Positions 39,736 through 53,320 are shown, numbered from the stretch's first letter. The stretch: 64,000 bases of DNA from Sphyrna mokarran (GCA_024679065.1 JAGIQG010000018.1:18538001-18602000), one strand, 5' to 3'. Translations and numbers: made by a program. The notes: generated by a model from the letters alone, not told the origin.

Positions 39736-40659
39736 TACAGTGACCTCCAGCCCTCCCCTCCATGCTTTCCTTCCACTCCCCTCTCACACACGCCCTATCT
39801 TCCCTGCCACACCCACACACAACCCATCCCACCTCCCAATAAATCCCATACACACCCCACTGCTCCCACCCCCCCCCCCCCCCCCCCCATATACACACAT
39901 ACCACCCCCCTATATCCCACCTCCCTGCTCACAAACATCCACTCCCAACCCCCTCACACACATACACACTCCCTTAAAATGCTGCCTGAGTTCAGATCTT
40001 GGGCAGGGAGCCACTTTAGAATAAGTTTGGCCTTTCTTACACAAATGGCCTTTGATGCATCAAAACTGCTCCTTACAGAAAGAGTGACTGGAATCATGTC
40101 CCCTTTCTCTTCTCAATACAGTTTATATTCATTCCGGACGTGTGTGTATGTGTTACCGTCTCATAATGTCCTCCTGAAATAGTGGCTTAACAATCTCTCC
40201 CAAATCCCACAAGGTGCCTGAAATATAACCTGAGAGAATTTGTTTTAACATAATATATAATAGACAGGGAGACTGACTGAAACCTAACTCCCAAATAGAT
40301 TTGTTTTATGGGACTTTGAGTTGGCTCCGAGGCAAGTAAACAAAAGTTGCTGCTGTATTAGTTCAGTGAAATGCAGAGGGAAAGTCTGGGAGGGAAAATG
40401 ATATAGTATCTCTGAGCAAGGGGCTAAATTCCTTGCAAATGCCACATATTTGTGAATATAGAGACAGCCTGGAACTTGGATTGAATTCAAGCATAAATAA
40501 TATTGCGACATACATAGCCAATGTTTCAGTGATTGCAAGAGTATTACAGTTAAAAAATAAATCTATCTACTTTAAACTAACATCTGCACACACAAAAAAG
40601 TGTTTTAAAAGCACCAATTCTTTTTAAAATGAAAGTCGTGCCACAAATTTGAAATTATC

Positions 40660-40665
40660 TTTATT
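40660..40665 (-). promoter_or_regulatory. Candidate polyadenylation signal of the MICAL-like gene
   Basis: AATAAA on the minus strand in an AT-rich context ~2.5 kb past the stop, followed by T/GT-rich sequence. A proximal AATAAA also occurs at 43036-43041. Confidence 0.4.
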
Positions 40666-40874
40666 TCCAGCAGAATAGATTCATGAAACACATGCTTTTT
40701 TTCCAATAATAAAGTCTATTATATTTAATATGTCACAATGTCTCACTGCTTTAGTTTTCTAACCCAATACAAGGTAGGTGCTAAGCATTGACCAAAACAC
40801 AGGCCAGGCCCCAAGGATAATCAGAGATAGAGGGCTTTATCCAATATTACATTTGTACTGACCCAATAGAGAAA

Positions 40875-41015
40875 CTCAGACCAGAATCTTAGCACCATTC
40901 ACGCCAGTGGGATTTTCCCATCCTGCTGCAGAGAACGGAGATTTGAATGAGCGCCAAATTCTCTGACTTTGTTGCAGTGGGAGCGTGGTGTGAACAGCCA
41001 GGAAGATTGTGCCCC
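40875..41015. mobile_element. Short MITE-like element
   Basis: Core ggagatttgaatgagcgccaaattctct shared with ~8815-8950, 13690-13780 and 16515-16625; imperfect inverted termini. Confidence 0.55.
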
Positions 41016-43209
41016 CAGATTCCAGCGATGAGCTACCATTGCTCTCTGGAGGTAGCTGGCTATTGGTCAGTTTGTCAGCAATACTTTGCCCCTTCCCCAC
41101 TCCATTCCACAGCTCCACCTGCTCTGGCCATCGTGCACCCACCCACATCTATCCAACTCTTTTAATTTTGGGACACCACAGAGGGGTAAGCAATTGGGGG
41201 GATTGTGATGGTTTTCAATCTTCCTTATCTCTATAACTTCCTTCAACTCCCTGAGTTCTCTGTGTTTCTCTATCTTAAGAGTCTTGTTTAACCCCACTAC
41301 CTTTGCCCAATCACCCAGTGTTTCCGGACTCTGAGTCTTGGAATTCCCCTCTGAAAGCTTCTTGTCTTGCTGCCTTCCTTGTTTGAAATCTAACCCATGG
41401 CTGCCCTGTCCTCACTCTTTGGTCTAGTGTCAAATTTATGTCAAATTACACTCGAGCGAAGCACTGTCAGAGATGCGATTTGTCATCTCAAGTAGCTATA
41501 AAAGATACACTATTTTAAAGAAAGGGCAGTGGAGATCTCCCCCATGCCAAAAGTTATTCTTCAACCAACATCACTTAAACAGATGATCTGATTGTTTCTT
41601 TCAGTTAGTGGAAGATTCCTACATTACATAGATGACTAAAGTTCAAAAACATTCCTCATTGGCTGTAGAGTTCTTTGGGCCATCCATAGGCACTACGTCA
41701 ATCCAAATCTTTCTTTCACAGCAAAGCCTGTCTTATAGTGCAGTACAACATGACAAATGGTACAGGAAATGATGCAAGGAGAGGTTTAAGATGCAAAGAA
41801 ATCTAAACGGTATCAGTGAAGTTCCAACAATTCATCCAAAATGATTTATCAACTGGGTCCAAAGTCCCCTTCGGTACAGGCAGCCTGAAGATATCTTTAG
41901 AGCAATTCATAAGGTACCCGACTAACACAATGGTGCAAAACTACTAGAATGAGGAACTCACATCTTAACATCACAATTATATTTCTACATAGTTCCATCT
42001 TTAAGAAGTCCCACAAGAAGTCTCTGCTAGCAGAACACCACCAAAGGGAATGAACCATTTTTCAAATAGGGATCTTTGAGCAGAAAATCCAAATCTCAAA
42101 TGAGCCCTACACCGCATCCTCACCCCCTTCCGAAATGAAACAAAGTGCAGGGCAATGTCTGACTGTAAATCTCATCACGGAATATACAGAGCTGAAATTA
42201 GAGACATCCCAAAAGGAAGAAAGACTAGGGAAGGCGATATGGATGGGTGCAGAAGGGGGCGGTTGGGGGTGGGGGGGAGCAGTGGGATGGGGAAATGAAA
42301 GGATGGCTACATTTAGTTGACAATTAAAGATTGCCATAGCCACATCTCAATTCTGTCCCCTTGACAGGCTAGAATACATGCTACATGTGATTTGGAGTGG
42401 AGAATGTGGGAAAAAGCAATGAAAGTGTGGTTTCAACTGAGGAAACACAGACCCCATTCATTTAGCTACATTACTGATCCATTCATTCTAACAAACTTAG
42501 TGGTTCTTGCCAGCTCTTTAGAAAGAGATGGAATATTGAGATGGTCTGAACATTAAAGTAGGCCTCCTTCAATTGGCAAAACTTTCCAGTGTTGTACACA
42601 CTCTTAACTTCCTTCACTCTACAATGGGCAGTCGTGCCTTCAGCAGCCTAGGCTCTAAATTCTGGAATTCATTCCCTAAACGTCACCACTTCTCTCTTCT
42701 TCAATCCTACCACTTTGACCAATGTTTTGATGGCCTGGTCTGACATTTCCTTACGAGCCTCAATATCAATTTTTGTTTGCTAATGTTCCTGTGAAGTACC
42801 GTGGAAAGTTTTACGATGCCACAGGTGCTATATAAAAGCAAGTTGTTATTTCAGACATCGTTGAATAACACAACCACACCTCTATGACTCAGACCTTCGG
42901 GGTTTGGGCATGGTATTTACCTCGTGATATTACAAAGTCTTATGAAGCAAATCAGAAAAGTAGTGGATTTTGTTTCCATTGGTTCTTTCATGCCTTAGAA
43001 CTCCATAGCAACAGGAAAATATCCAGCTGCACAAGACCCAGAACAAAAAGCCTCCTTTATTTAGAGAACAAGGCTGACATCACACAAGCTTTTGAGAGAG
43101 AGTTACTTTTGATTAAAACTGGCTTGTGACAGTAGCAGCTTCAGTCAATAGCAGCTGGGCACTGATAAATGAGTCATGGGTACATGTCATTTCTGAAGAC
43201 ACCAATGCA

Positions 43210-43310
43210 CTATTCCTTTCCCTTTGGTTTGACACCAAGTCCCTTCAGAAACTTGAGTGGACTAAATTTGTTCTTCTTTTTCAAGTCCACTTCTGTCTCC
43301 TTGCTGACGT
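43210..43310 (-). CDS. MICALL2: MICAL-like protein, terminal coding exon (basic C-terminal tail)
   Basis: Long polypyrimidine tract then ttgacag|. Encodes (D)VSKETEVDLKKKNKFSPLKFLKGLGVKPKGKE followed by TAG at 43210-43212. Confidence 0.88.
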
Positions 43311-43560
43311 CTGTCAAAGAGAAAAGAAGTAGAGAGAGAGGGATGGTGGAGAAACAAGAGAAGGAGAGAAGGGAAAGAGGGAAGGGGATGGAAAAACCAA
43401 ACAGGCAAGGAGGGATTAAAAAAAAGTAAGATAGAAGGGGGGAAGGGGAGAAGAAGTGATATGAAAAGAGGGGAAGAAGGAATAAGGAGGAAGAATGATC
43501 AAACTTAGAAATTTCATTTTAATAAGGCACATGTTTTATTAAAAAGTTTTTATTCCTTAC

Positions 43561-43607
43561 CCCTCCTGTTAATCATGGCTTCCATCATCAGGTCCTCTTC
43601 CTTTTCT
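43561..43607 (-). CDS. MICALL2: MICAL-like protein, penultimate exon
   Basis: ctctttatag|...GG|gtaagg. Encodes (R)EKEEDLMMEAMINRR. 47 nt, phase 2 to 1. Confidence 0.9.
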
Positions 43608-43859
43608 CTATAAAGAGAGGATGTGTCAGAAAGTTACTTTCCCCAACTCAACATATTCTCTCCACACTCAATAGACATGCTTCAGGTGCCAATGTCCTTT
43701 CGACACACCCTCACTGACTGCTCAGCAATGCTGTTAATTGCAGCTTCTCACATAGACTGCTATCACCATCCTGTAAGGAGGTACCTGGACTCCACTCAGT
43801 GCTATCCTTTCTATGCCTTTCAGCACACATAAATAAATGCGTGCAGACATGTGTGCACA

Positions 43860-44365
43860 CACACTCAGACAGGCATGCACACACAGACAGGAGTACACAC
43901 ACAGATAGGAGCATTCACTGACAGACAGGAGTACACACACGGACAGATGCCCACACACAGACAGGAGTACACACACAGACAGATGCTCACACACAGACAG
44001 GAGTACACACACAGACAGGAATACACACACAGACAGGAATACACACACAGACAGGAATACACACACAGACAGGAGTACACACACAGACAGGAGTACACAC
44101 ACAGACAGGAGTACACACAGACAAATGCCCACACACAAACAGGAGTACACACACAAACAGGAGTACACACACAAACAGGAGTACACACACACACAGACAG
44201 CCACACACAGACAGGAGTACACACACAGACAGATGCCCACACACAGACAGCCACACACAGACAGGAGTACACACACAGACAGATGCCCACACACAGACAG
44301 ATGGCCACACACAGACAGATGGCCACACATGCACGCACATACACACACACACACATACATACACA
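43860..44365. repeat. Intronic 18-bp CA-rich minisatellite
   Basis: Unit acacacagacaggagtac (HRQEYT pseudo-repeat). Confidence 0.92.
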
Positions 44366-45129
44366 GGGTCAAACACCCACATATACACAGAGAACCTCAC
44401 CAGCTGGCGCCCACACAGGGATACAGATATCCTGCAGACACAGGTATGTGCACACATCCTGGACAGGTAGTCTACATATCTTTAGACATTTCTCTAACTC
44501 CCTAAGCCCAAAGGATGGGATCAGAAGGCCTGTCCTTAACATTCGCTGATGTTACTTTACAGTCAGTCCATGTATGACCTTATGTCCTTATCCATTGGAT
44601 AATACAATCAGTCCTGGAGCATTCTCTCAAGTTGCCCTTTTCTGAATCACAGGGTGTAGATTTTTATTCGCAAGTTGTGTCACAAGATCAGAACAATTCC
44701 CAGCTCCATTTAAAAATGGCTGCCTGATTTAAGTCACTGGGGCCAGGAACAGGACTATTTTAAAACCAAGCTGACCCCACAATCCAACTTGGGTGAAGGC
44801 AACCAATGAATTAAGTAGTTAGCTGCTTCCGTGATTCATATGTGCACAAAACGCGAACCTGCCCCATTCCTATCCCCATGAAATTGGGAAGTGCTGTGCT
44901 TGGGAAACGCAACTTGTGATTTCTGGGTGAGTCCACCATTTTCACCAAAGAGAGGGAGGCTTTCGATCCTGGTGAAAATCCAGGTCTCAGTCTTCAACTT
45001 GTCCCCAACATGTTTGAGACGCACAGTATCTATAACACGGAATGGGGTCCATGAAAAGCTCAGCTCTGGACCAGCCTTGGCTCTCAGCAACCACTCCATG
45101 TAATCCGCTTCACGATAGTGCACTATTGT

Positions 45130-45740
45130 CAGAGATGGAATTCAGTAATATTATCCCTCCTTTTGTTGGCTAATTTATACTTCCTGAGAAGAGAGTGCTG
45201 ATTGGTTGGCACACCAACTCTGATTGGTAGAGGTATTGTCATGGAGAATGCAGTAGAGCACAGTTAATTGCCAAGTTTTTGTTCAAATTCAAACCAGGTG
45301 GATCAATTCTAATTAGTCAAGACATTGCCATGGGGAATGAACCAGGAAATGGCTGCCTCCAAGCTTTTGTTTAGTTAGAAAAGGGACAATGCGCGTACGT
45401 GCTCCTTCTGTCTGCAAAGAAATATATGTGGCAAATGATGTTCTGCCTGCCACGCAAATGAGTAATGCAGTGTTGGAGTGACGCCAGGTATATGGACTGT
45501 TCACCACTATGACTGATGGACTATATCAAACCGTACATTTCTTTAGCTCTTACAACAGGCAAAGTACAGACCATATCCAACCAGTCAGTATTTGCAAAAT
45601 GCAAAGCACAGTGTCCAATATTCAATCTGATTCCACCATTGGACAACAGTTGTTAAACAATCCTGATTTTGTCAAGAATTACACTGAGAAACAAACCTCT
45701 TGCAGTGTGACCCATACTAGAAGCCACACATCATCATACG
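45130..45740 (+). mobile_element. Penelope-like fragment (GIY-YIG C-terminal remnant)
   Basis: DSTIGQQLLNNPDFVKNYT resembles the PLE motif DSAIGQHLLNNP.CA..Y. Confidence 0.5.
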
Positions 45741-47442
45741 CGTCAATCCTGTTCATCATCACTCCTGGATTTTTTGATTGACATTAGCCCCCACTCCAGC
45801 AGCGCCTTCATTTATAAATTCTCATCGGGATATTCAAATGTCTTACTGGCTTGGTATCTCTGTAATCTCCTACAGCCTCTCAAAAACCCCCACTCCTTTA
45901 CTTCTCATCCCTTGTTCTTGCACATGTACATCGCTAATTGTATCACTCCACTTTTGGTCATTGTGCTTTCAAATGTCTTAGTCCTAAATTCTGGAATTTC
46001 CACCTGAAACTTCTCCGCCTCTTTCTTCCTCCCTTAAAGCCGATCCCTTTGACCAAGAACTTGGTCACCCACCTTGATATCTCCGTTTGTGAATGGGTGT
46101 CAATTTGTGTCTAAATACTCTCCTGTGAAACACCTTGCAGCATCTTACTCTGTTGAAGGTGCTAGAATAATGCAAGTTGCTGTTGTTAGAGAGACAGGCT
46201 CTTAATTTGCTTGGCGCTGCACCCTCCAGACAACCTGAAGATTGTAACATGACATCAGTAAGAACGCAATGCAAGAAGGATGGAGGAGGAGCGGGCAGAT
46301 GGGAAGACCAGGCAATATGATGCAGCCGCCACATTATATAAAGGGGGCACTTGCTGAGATTATTTCGCAAGGGAGTTGGTCTTTAAAATCAGCTGTGCAT
46401 TTCCAGGCAGCAGTGAGTGGCAGTACAATAAATTGCCAAGGTGGCATTCGTCCATATGGCAGAGATTGGGTGACAGATGGCACACATTTAACTACTCCTC
46501 TGTTCGTTATATTGGACAACGGTGTTCAGTGTAAAATGCTGCACCATGAACAGTTAACGTCCATACAGTTCGACAAAACCAAATCCTAAGTTAAAGTTTA
46601 AGCCCGTGTGGTTCAATCATTGGCACCTAAATCCTCTCAACTTCAATATGCCGTCCAACTCAACACTCATGAGGTAAAAATCTCCCCTCGATAATTTGTC
46701 TGAAGACACTGAATAAAGTCAATTGGGCATTGTTCTTCCTGGCCATGAGTTCAAATATACCCAAGATTGGCACAAAGTGGTCAAGTTTCGTTGCAAGGAG
46801 GGAGCTTTATCCTAGAATCCAGTATGGTCCACGTAGACCTTACCTGTGTATTAACATACAGGCAATTCAGATTGTTCAAGGACCATTGGTGGAGAGGGAG
46901 CAGTGAAAGAAATCCTTCATGGTAAGCTTTAATCACAGACATTACAGTAAAGGTGGAGACCATTTGGCCCCTCACACGAATGCTAGCTCTTCAGCTAAAC
47001 CTATCAACTGTTGTCTTCTACCTGCTCGCTGTGGAAGTTAACCTGATTATGAGAGGGTTTGGAAAATACAATTCCAATTGCTCATACTGATGACAGATTG
47101 AAACACAAATTCAAAAGACAAAAATCAGCAAGTTGGAAGTTTTCCAACGAGATAAGTAATAAGAGTTATGGCATAAGTTAATACAGAAGATTGTTGAATT
47201 AATTAAGGTCAAGACACTGCTGGAGGCAGAATAGATTGAGGGGTGTGATGGATAAATGAGGTTGGGATCACTTGCAAAGCAACAGAACCTAGTGACCTTA
47301 TTCCTGGTGCTCTTGTTGATCCTGGCATTAAGGGAAAAGTCAGATATTCCCTGGAATCCTACTCCGGCCAACAGTGTCTCCACATAAACATGAACACACA
47401 TTTGCTAACCTGGGTGATGCAGTTTTAGTGGTTATCGCATAC

Positions 47443-47557
47443 CTCACTCTGTCCTCATCCAACGTGTCGATAATGTCATTCCTGTCCTCCACTGTTCTCA
47501 GTAACTCTTCCATTAACTCCTGCTCACGAGCCCGATCTCTGTCAGATTTCTGGTCCT
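47443..47557 (-). CDS. MICALL2: MICAL-like protein, bMERB domain exon 4
   Basis: ttgcag|...GAG|gtatgc. Encodes (E)DQKSDRDRAREQELMEELLRTVEDRNDIIDTLDEDRV(R), containing the LDEDR motif. 115 nt, phase 1 to 2. Confidence 0.95.
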
Positions 47558-48806
47558 CTGCAATTGCAACACATCACAATGTACAAGCTCACAAAGCTTT
47601 TGAACACCCTATCCAAATGTGCCCAAGATTGGCACAAAGTGGTCAATTTTCATTGCGAGGAGGGAGCTTTATCCTAGAATCCAGTATGGTCCACGTAGAC
47701 CTTACCTGTGTATTAACATACAGGCAATTCAGATTGTTCAAGGACCATTGGTGGAGAGGGAGCAGTGAAAGAAATCCTTCATGGTAAGCTTTAATCACAG
47801 ACATTACAGTAAAGGGGCTGAGTTCAAAATATCTTTGATAACATGAAAGTTGAAGGGCTTTGTTTTCCTTGTTATAGAAAGGGCTGTATCTGATTATTGA
47901 CTGGTTTTTATCTTATTTCCTGGGAGTAGTTTTTTTGTTTTTTTTGTTTTTTTTCTAAACTGTGATTAAGAAACATCACCTGCATTAAGACCACTGGTGG
48001 TTCTGAATTGCCAGTAACGTTCCTTACAAAGCATAAGTGAGTTGAGCAGGATGACAGGCAAACAGGAGGAACATTTAAAGGAGCAAGTCCCTCGGGAACT
48101 GATTTCCTTCAGAAGCTTCCCCCAGACCAAGAAGTTGCCTCTCTCTGACAATGGCCGAACCCCTTCGATCTGATCAAGCTGGATTAGTGGGCCTTGCAGA
48201 AAAGAAAAATTCCAGATGTGTTGGGCAGGTTAATCAGGTTGGAGCAGTTCCAGTGTTCACAATCACTGAACGTAGAGCTCTGGACAGAGGTCCGAGGTCA
48301 AAGGGAAAGGTAAGAGGACAAGTAAAGAAACAAAAGGCGTGTTTAGAGGAGGTGTGAGGGACAGCAATAAAACCACAACCAATGGAGAGTTAACTGAAAA
48401 CAAAGGAGCAGTGGTGATGAACTGAAGTGATTAAATTCGATGGGTAGAATTTTCCAGTCCTTCCTGCTGGGGGGGAACGTTCCAGACCCATCAAGCTTTG
48501 TGCACTTGAGATGGTTCCCTGGTGGCATGGCCAGTGAGCCATGAAAATTATCACTGACTTCAGTGGGACAGAAAGATCCCACTGGTGTCCAATAGCTTGC
48601 CGCATCTACCACGGGTTTCCCCAGGGTGGGGAGCTGGAAAACTCCAGCTGGCATTGAGTCTGGAAGACTGCAAGGTGTCCAAAGGTGCTGATCTTTAAGC
48701 TGGCCTGAAACTTCAATGGAAACATGTAGGAAACCACAGAGAAGAGTGGTCTTTATGGACATTCTGATTCAGACAGAACCTCCTTCTCAACAGTTTCCAC
48801 ACTTAC

Positions 48807-48880
48807 CGGACTTTTCCATCAATGCTCGTAACTCCTGTTCAATCTGATATTGATGATCCTCTAAAGCCTGCTGTTTCAAC
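48807..48880 (-). CDS. MICALL2: MICAL-like protein, bMERB domain exon 3
   Basis: ttgacag|...CCG|gtaagt. Encodes (T)LKQQALEDHQYQIEQELRALMEKS. 74 nt, phase 2 to 1. Confidence 0.93.
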
Positions 48881-49248
48881 CTGTCAATAACAAGTAGAGG
48901 GTTTGCAACAAGTATAGCTGCTCTGAGAAGTGAAGGTTATGAGGAAAGATCAAAGGCTTTAGGCGTGTCTCCGCTGGAAATTTACCCTGGGGAAGGTGGG
49001 CTGAGATGGATCCAGTCAATGCTGAGATGGATCCAGTCAAACTACCCACACTGAGAGGGGGAGAAAGAGGAGGGAGGTTTGGGGAGGGAGGAAAGTGATA
49101 TGGGGATGGGCAGAGAGGGAGGGTGTTGGAAGCACAGGATACCAGTTACAATGTATTAAAATGAGTTGTAGTTATGCCTTCGCTCACCCTCCCCCACACC
49201 CCTTCCCCTGCACCCGATCCTCCTCTCACCCTCTCACTTTCTACTCAC

Positions 49249-49339
49249 GTGTACATGAGCTCTGATTCCCGTCTCATCAGCAACTGTTTCTCATGAATCA
49301 ATTTGAACCATTCCACCATCAACTCATCTTCCGTTTCAT
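49249..49339 (-). CDS. MICALL2: MICAL-like protein, bMERB domain exon 2
   Basis: aaatag|...AC|gtgagt. (D)[29 protein letters not shown] is the hallmark LM.DWF.LIHEK..L.R.ESEL motif. 91 nt, phase 1 to 2. Confidence 0.95.
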
Positions 49340-50509
49340 CTATTTGTTTTCAATAAAAGAAAAAAAGAATTCAGAATTTCCAAAACAGAGCTGAATTGAT
49401 AAGCCATCAACCACACAATGGTCATTTGTTCATTCTCTGCTCCTGTTCTTACACTGGGTTGACCGCTGCTCAGACACTGCAATCCACACAGAACATGATA
49501 GAAACCATCACAACACATCGATCAATAGAAAAATGTCAACTTGTCCAGCAAGCCTGCCCCAAGGTGCCAGAAATGTAGCAAGTTAGGAGTTAGAAGCAGC
49601 AATGTAACTTTCAGCTCCTCCAGTTTGCTAGATGATTCAATAAAACCATGGCAGATCTTCAACCTTAACTCCACCTTCCCATCCTATCCCCATATCTCAA
49701 GATTCCAGAACTGAGTACTGCCCTGAATGTACTCATTCGCTAAGCATCCATCTCATGGATAATGAATTCCAAAGATTCACAATTCTCCCAGGGAAGAAAT
49801 TTCTCTTCTCAGTTCCTGATAGCTGCCATTTTATCCTGATATCATGACCCCCTAATTCTAGACTCCCAAATAAAGGAGCCAGTGGGACCTTCACAGGATG
49901 ATACTGGGAATTCAGGTGGTAGCTGGACTCACTAGCGAGGTCTCCAGTGTTAGATGAGCTGTAGTAGTTACAGGGTTGGAGGGTATGGGGGTGGTGATTA
50001 AAATCAGAGAAGGGGAAAGCTCAGAGTCAAAGAGGCACAAGGTTTTCTTGTGAGGCTCTAAGGAAACATTTCCACCACCAACCCCACCCCCAACCAAAAG
50101 ATTAAAAACATCCAATCCTGTGTCTCTTTGATCCACGATCCTCTCTCAGCATGTCCTGCCTAACGAAGAAAAAGCTCATCTGTATTTTGCGTCACTCTCC
50201 AGGCACAGGGGGTCTAATTTCCACATTTAAGAAAAACTCCAGGCTGCTGTGCTATGGGTGTCCCACTGTAATTTCTGGAGCAGGGTGATCAGAGGGCTTG
50301 CTCATCAAGCTTATTTTGCCCTCTCAAAGCTGAGGGTGTGAAGGGAAAATACAAATTTAAATCAAGGCCAAATAGTCTCATTTTCCAAAGCTGGTGTTTT
50401 TTGACATGGTGATTCTCATATTTCCTACAATTTAATTTTCAAATTTCCAAATATTAATATTCAGATCTCAATGGTAACTCTCTCCCTCTGGCTGCTGTTC
50501 CCATGTTCT

Positions 50510-51050
50510 ATAGTAATAGCCCCTCAAGCCATTCAATATGTTCATGGCTGATCATGTGCCTCAATTTGACCTCCATGTTCCTTAACTCCCTTAGTATCCT
50601 AAACTCTATCCATCTCCATCTTGGACATAATCATTGATGATCATCCACTGCTCTCTGAGGTAAAAAATTTCAAAGGTCCACAACCCTTCAGGTGAAGAAA
50701 TTTCTCCTCATCTCAGTTCTCCTCATCTTAGCTGAATCCTTGTGGTGAAACGATGACTTTTATTCTGAGATTGCAGCTCAGTGAAACATTCTCCTAGAAT
50801 ACATTCACTGAGCTCTTTTACAAAATTATATATTCCACAGAGCTCACTTCACCTTCTTCTAAATCCCAGGGAATCTTGGCCAAGTCTGCACAATCACTCC
50901 TCATAGGATAAGTCCTCATCCCAGAAATCAGTCTGGAGAATTTTCCAGACTAGTATATCCTTCTTTAGGTCAGGAGACTACAACTGTACACAAGAGTCCA
51001 GATGTGTTCTCAGCAAAGCCCTACAGTTACAATAAGACTTCTACTCATGA
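50510..51050 (-). mobile_element. Old CR1 3' fragment
   Basis: gaagaaatttctcctcatctcagt and aactgtacacaagagtccagatgtg, reverse-strand CR1 motifs. A similar piece lies at ~49570-49870. Confidence 0.6.
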
Positions 51051-51297
51051 AAATTTCCTTCAGTTCTTCATTTCCACCAGAGCTTCGATTCCCCATTATT
51101 TCCAGAAAACATTTTGTGCCTTCTACAATGAAGACAGATTAGAAGTGTTAATTTAATGCCTCATTCAACTCAATCACTGGTGATCTAACTTTTAACCCTT
51201 AATTATTTTCTACAACCAAATGTAATCAATCTCAGTTTCCAGTCTTGGTTAAAGGTGAGAGCCCAGCTCCCCCTCTCTCCCCTCCCAACCAACACAC

Positions 51298-51424
51298 CTC
51301 CCTCGCAGCTCCGGAGCTGTGGTTCCAGATCCACTCCTTTCTGTTCCAGTATGTCCAGCTGCTTCCCAATATCCCGCAATTCTCTCTGAATGGCTTCCTC
51401 TGATATTCGCTGACTGGAGATCCT
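51298..51424 (-). CDS. MICALL2: MICAL-like protein, bMERB domain exon 1
   Basis: ttgcag|AGG...GGAG|gtgtgt. RISSQRISEEAIQRELRDIGKQLDILEQKGVDLEPQLRSCEG matches the MICAL-L pattern EEIQRQLQDIERRLDALELRGVELEKRLR..EG. Confidence 0.92.
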
Positions 51425-51972
51425 CTGCAACATGAAGTGTAGGGTTTAAATGAAATGGTCTGTTTCTCTCTTCAGTGTGAATCAGAGCAAGGTCAGTGAA
51501 TGAAAAACATGCATTTTTTCAAACTAGCTCCCAGCAGCACCACCACTTCCCACCAACTCACATTCAGAAACATCTCAAAAAATAACGACCTCAGGCAGTC
51601 TCCCTAAAGCTACCTAAGTGGGGATTTGGTAAGAACACAGCATAATGTTATCCAACCTGTGAATATGCACATTATACGAAGGCTGCATTAAAACTAACCA
51701 AGCAATGGGAGCACATGGCACTGACCAAACATACACACATCCACACACAAATACACACACTCAAACATTCACAAACATATACACATCCACACAGACACAC
51801 ACACACGCAAACATAAACAGTCACACACATACGCACACGTATACAGACACACACATGCAAACATAAACTGTCTCACACACACACGTACACACACACACAC
51901 ACCAATATGCCTTTCACTTCATTCAGGTTAGTGATGTGTGACTTTTCCTCCTCCTTATTCACTCACTCTCAC

Positions 51973-52070
51973 CTTCTCAGAGGGAGTTGTAGTGTCACTG
52001 TAACCTTGGCTTTTCTTGGAATCCCCTGGATCAAGATCATCTTCAAAGAACTTTGCTCTTGGCGTTTTTG
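51973..52070 (-). CDS. MICALL2: MICAL-like protein, internal exon
   Basis: Acceptor tttttacag| and donor AAG|gtgaga (an alternative gtgagt lies 6 nt further). Encodes (A)KTPRAKFFEDDLDPGDSKKSQGYSDTTTPSEK. Phase 1 to phase 0 links both neighbouring exons. Confidence 0.7.
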
Positions 52071-52584
52071 CTGTAAAAATAACGTAACAACAGATTACAA
52101 CTTTTGTAATCAGAAAACGTCCCATCAAATAACTATCCAATCATATCCCTGGGGTATTGAAATACAGAATGATGGTGGCTGTGTCACTGTTATAGAAGCT
52201 CCAAATAGAGCCCATTTCTGGAGTGTTGCTTTCAGCCTGGGCACAGACTTGGAGTGGGTACAGCATAGGGTGATACTGAGGGTATGATTCTGAAGACAGG
52301 TTGCATGCATAAGCTCTTCAGTATAGAAATTAAGGTGATCTAAGTGAGATGTTTAAGATGACTGAAGAAATTGCTAAGGTAGATATAGAAGTAAATTCCT
52401 CTGCAAAGGGAATCCAAAGCTAAATGCAGATAACTTTACATCAGAGCTAGTACACTCAGGGATTAAATCAGGAATTAATTCTTCACTTTAAGAGATGTGT
52501 AAATCTTAATACTTTTCTCCCCAAGAGTTGGAGCTAGAGTCAACTGATAATTTCAAACGATGATTGGTACACATTTGCTTTAAT

Positions 52585-53320
52585 TTTTAATTTGCTCTTG
52601 GGACGTGGGCATTGTTGACAATGCCAGTATTTATTTCCTATCCTTAATTATCTTCCAGATGTAATGGTGAGCTAGCTGTTTGAGCTGCTGCAGTCCATGT
52701 GTGCAGGTACATCTATAATACTGTAGGCAAGGGAGTTCCAGGATGTTGTGCCAGTGACAATGAAGGAATGTCAATATAATTCCAGGTCATGATGGTGTGT
52801 GACTTGGCGAGGGAGAAACTTGCTGGTGCTGGTATTCCCATGCATCAAATGCCCTTGTCCTTCTAGATGATGGAGGTTACAGATTTGGGATGTGCTGTTG
52901 AAAGAGCTTTGATGAGTTGATGCAGTGCATCTTGGGAATGATAAATACTCTGCATTGCAAGTGAAGGGAGTGAATGTTGAAGATAGAGAACAGATGCCAA
53001 TCTAACAGATTGCTATGTTCTAGATGATGTTAAGGTTCTTGAGTGCTGTTGGAGCTGCATTGTTCCAAGCAAAGTGGAAAGTATTCTGTCACCTCCCAAA
53101 TTGTAACTTACAATTGGTGGATAGGTTTCGGCGAGTCAGGAGGTGAGATTCCAAGCCTCTGACCTAATCCTGGAGCTACAGTATTTATATGGATCGTCAA
53201 GTTAATGGTAACTCCCAGGATAATAATTATGGGAGTGGCTGTGGCAGCCAAGAAGGTCATGGAAGGATGGTCAAGGATTAAGCAAATAAAGATGGTTGGG
53301 CCTGGCACACTACCCTGAGG
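52585..53320 (-). mobile_element. CR1/L2-group LINE fragment (same family as 16820-18790)
   Basis: VPQGSVPGPTIF on the minus strand and the matching 3' tail at ~52600-52660. Confidence 0.7.

Noticed and set aside
37058-40182. Many hexapeptide-repeat ORFs (RFTDPL, THCGSL, GSVNRS)
   Set aside because: Translations of the 18-bp satellite in overlapping frames, broken by indels.
43734-44549. Cys/Val-rich and HRQEYT-repeat ORFs
   Set aside because: Intronic CA-rich minisatellite.
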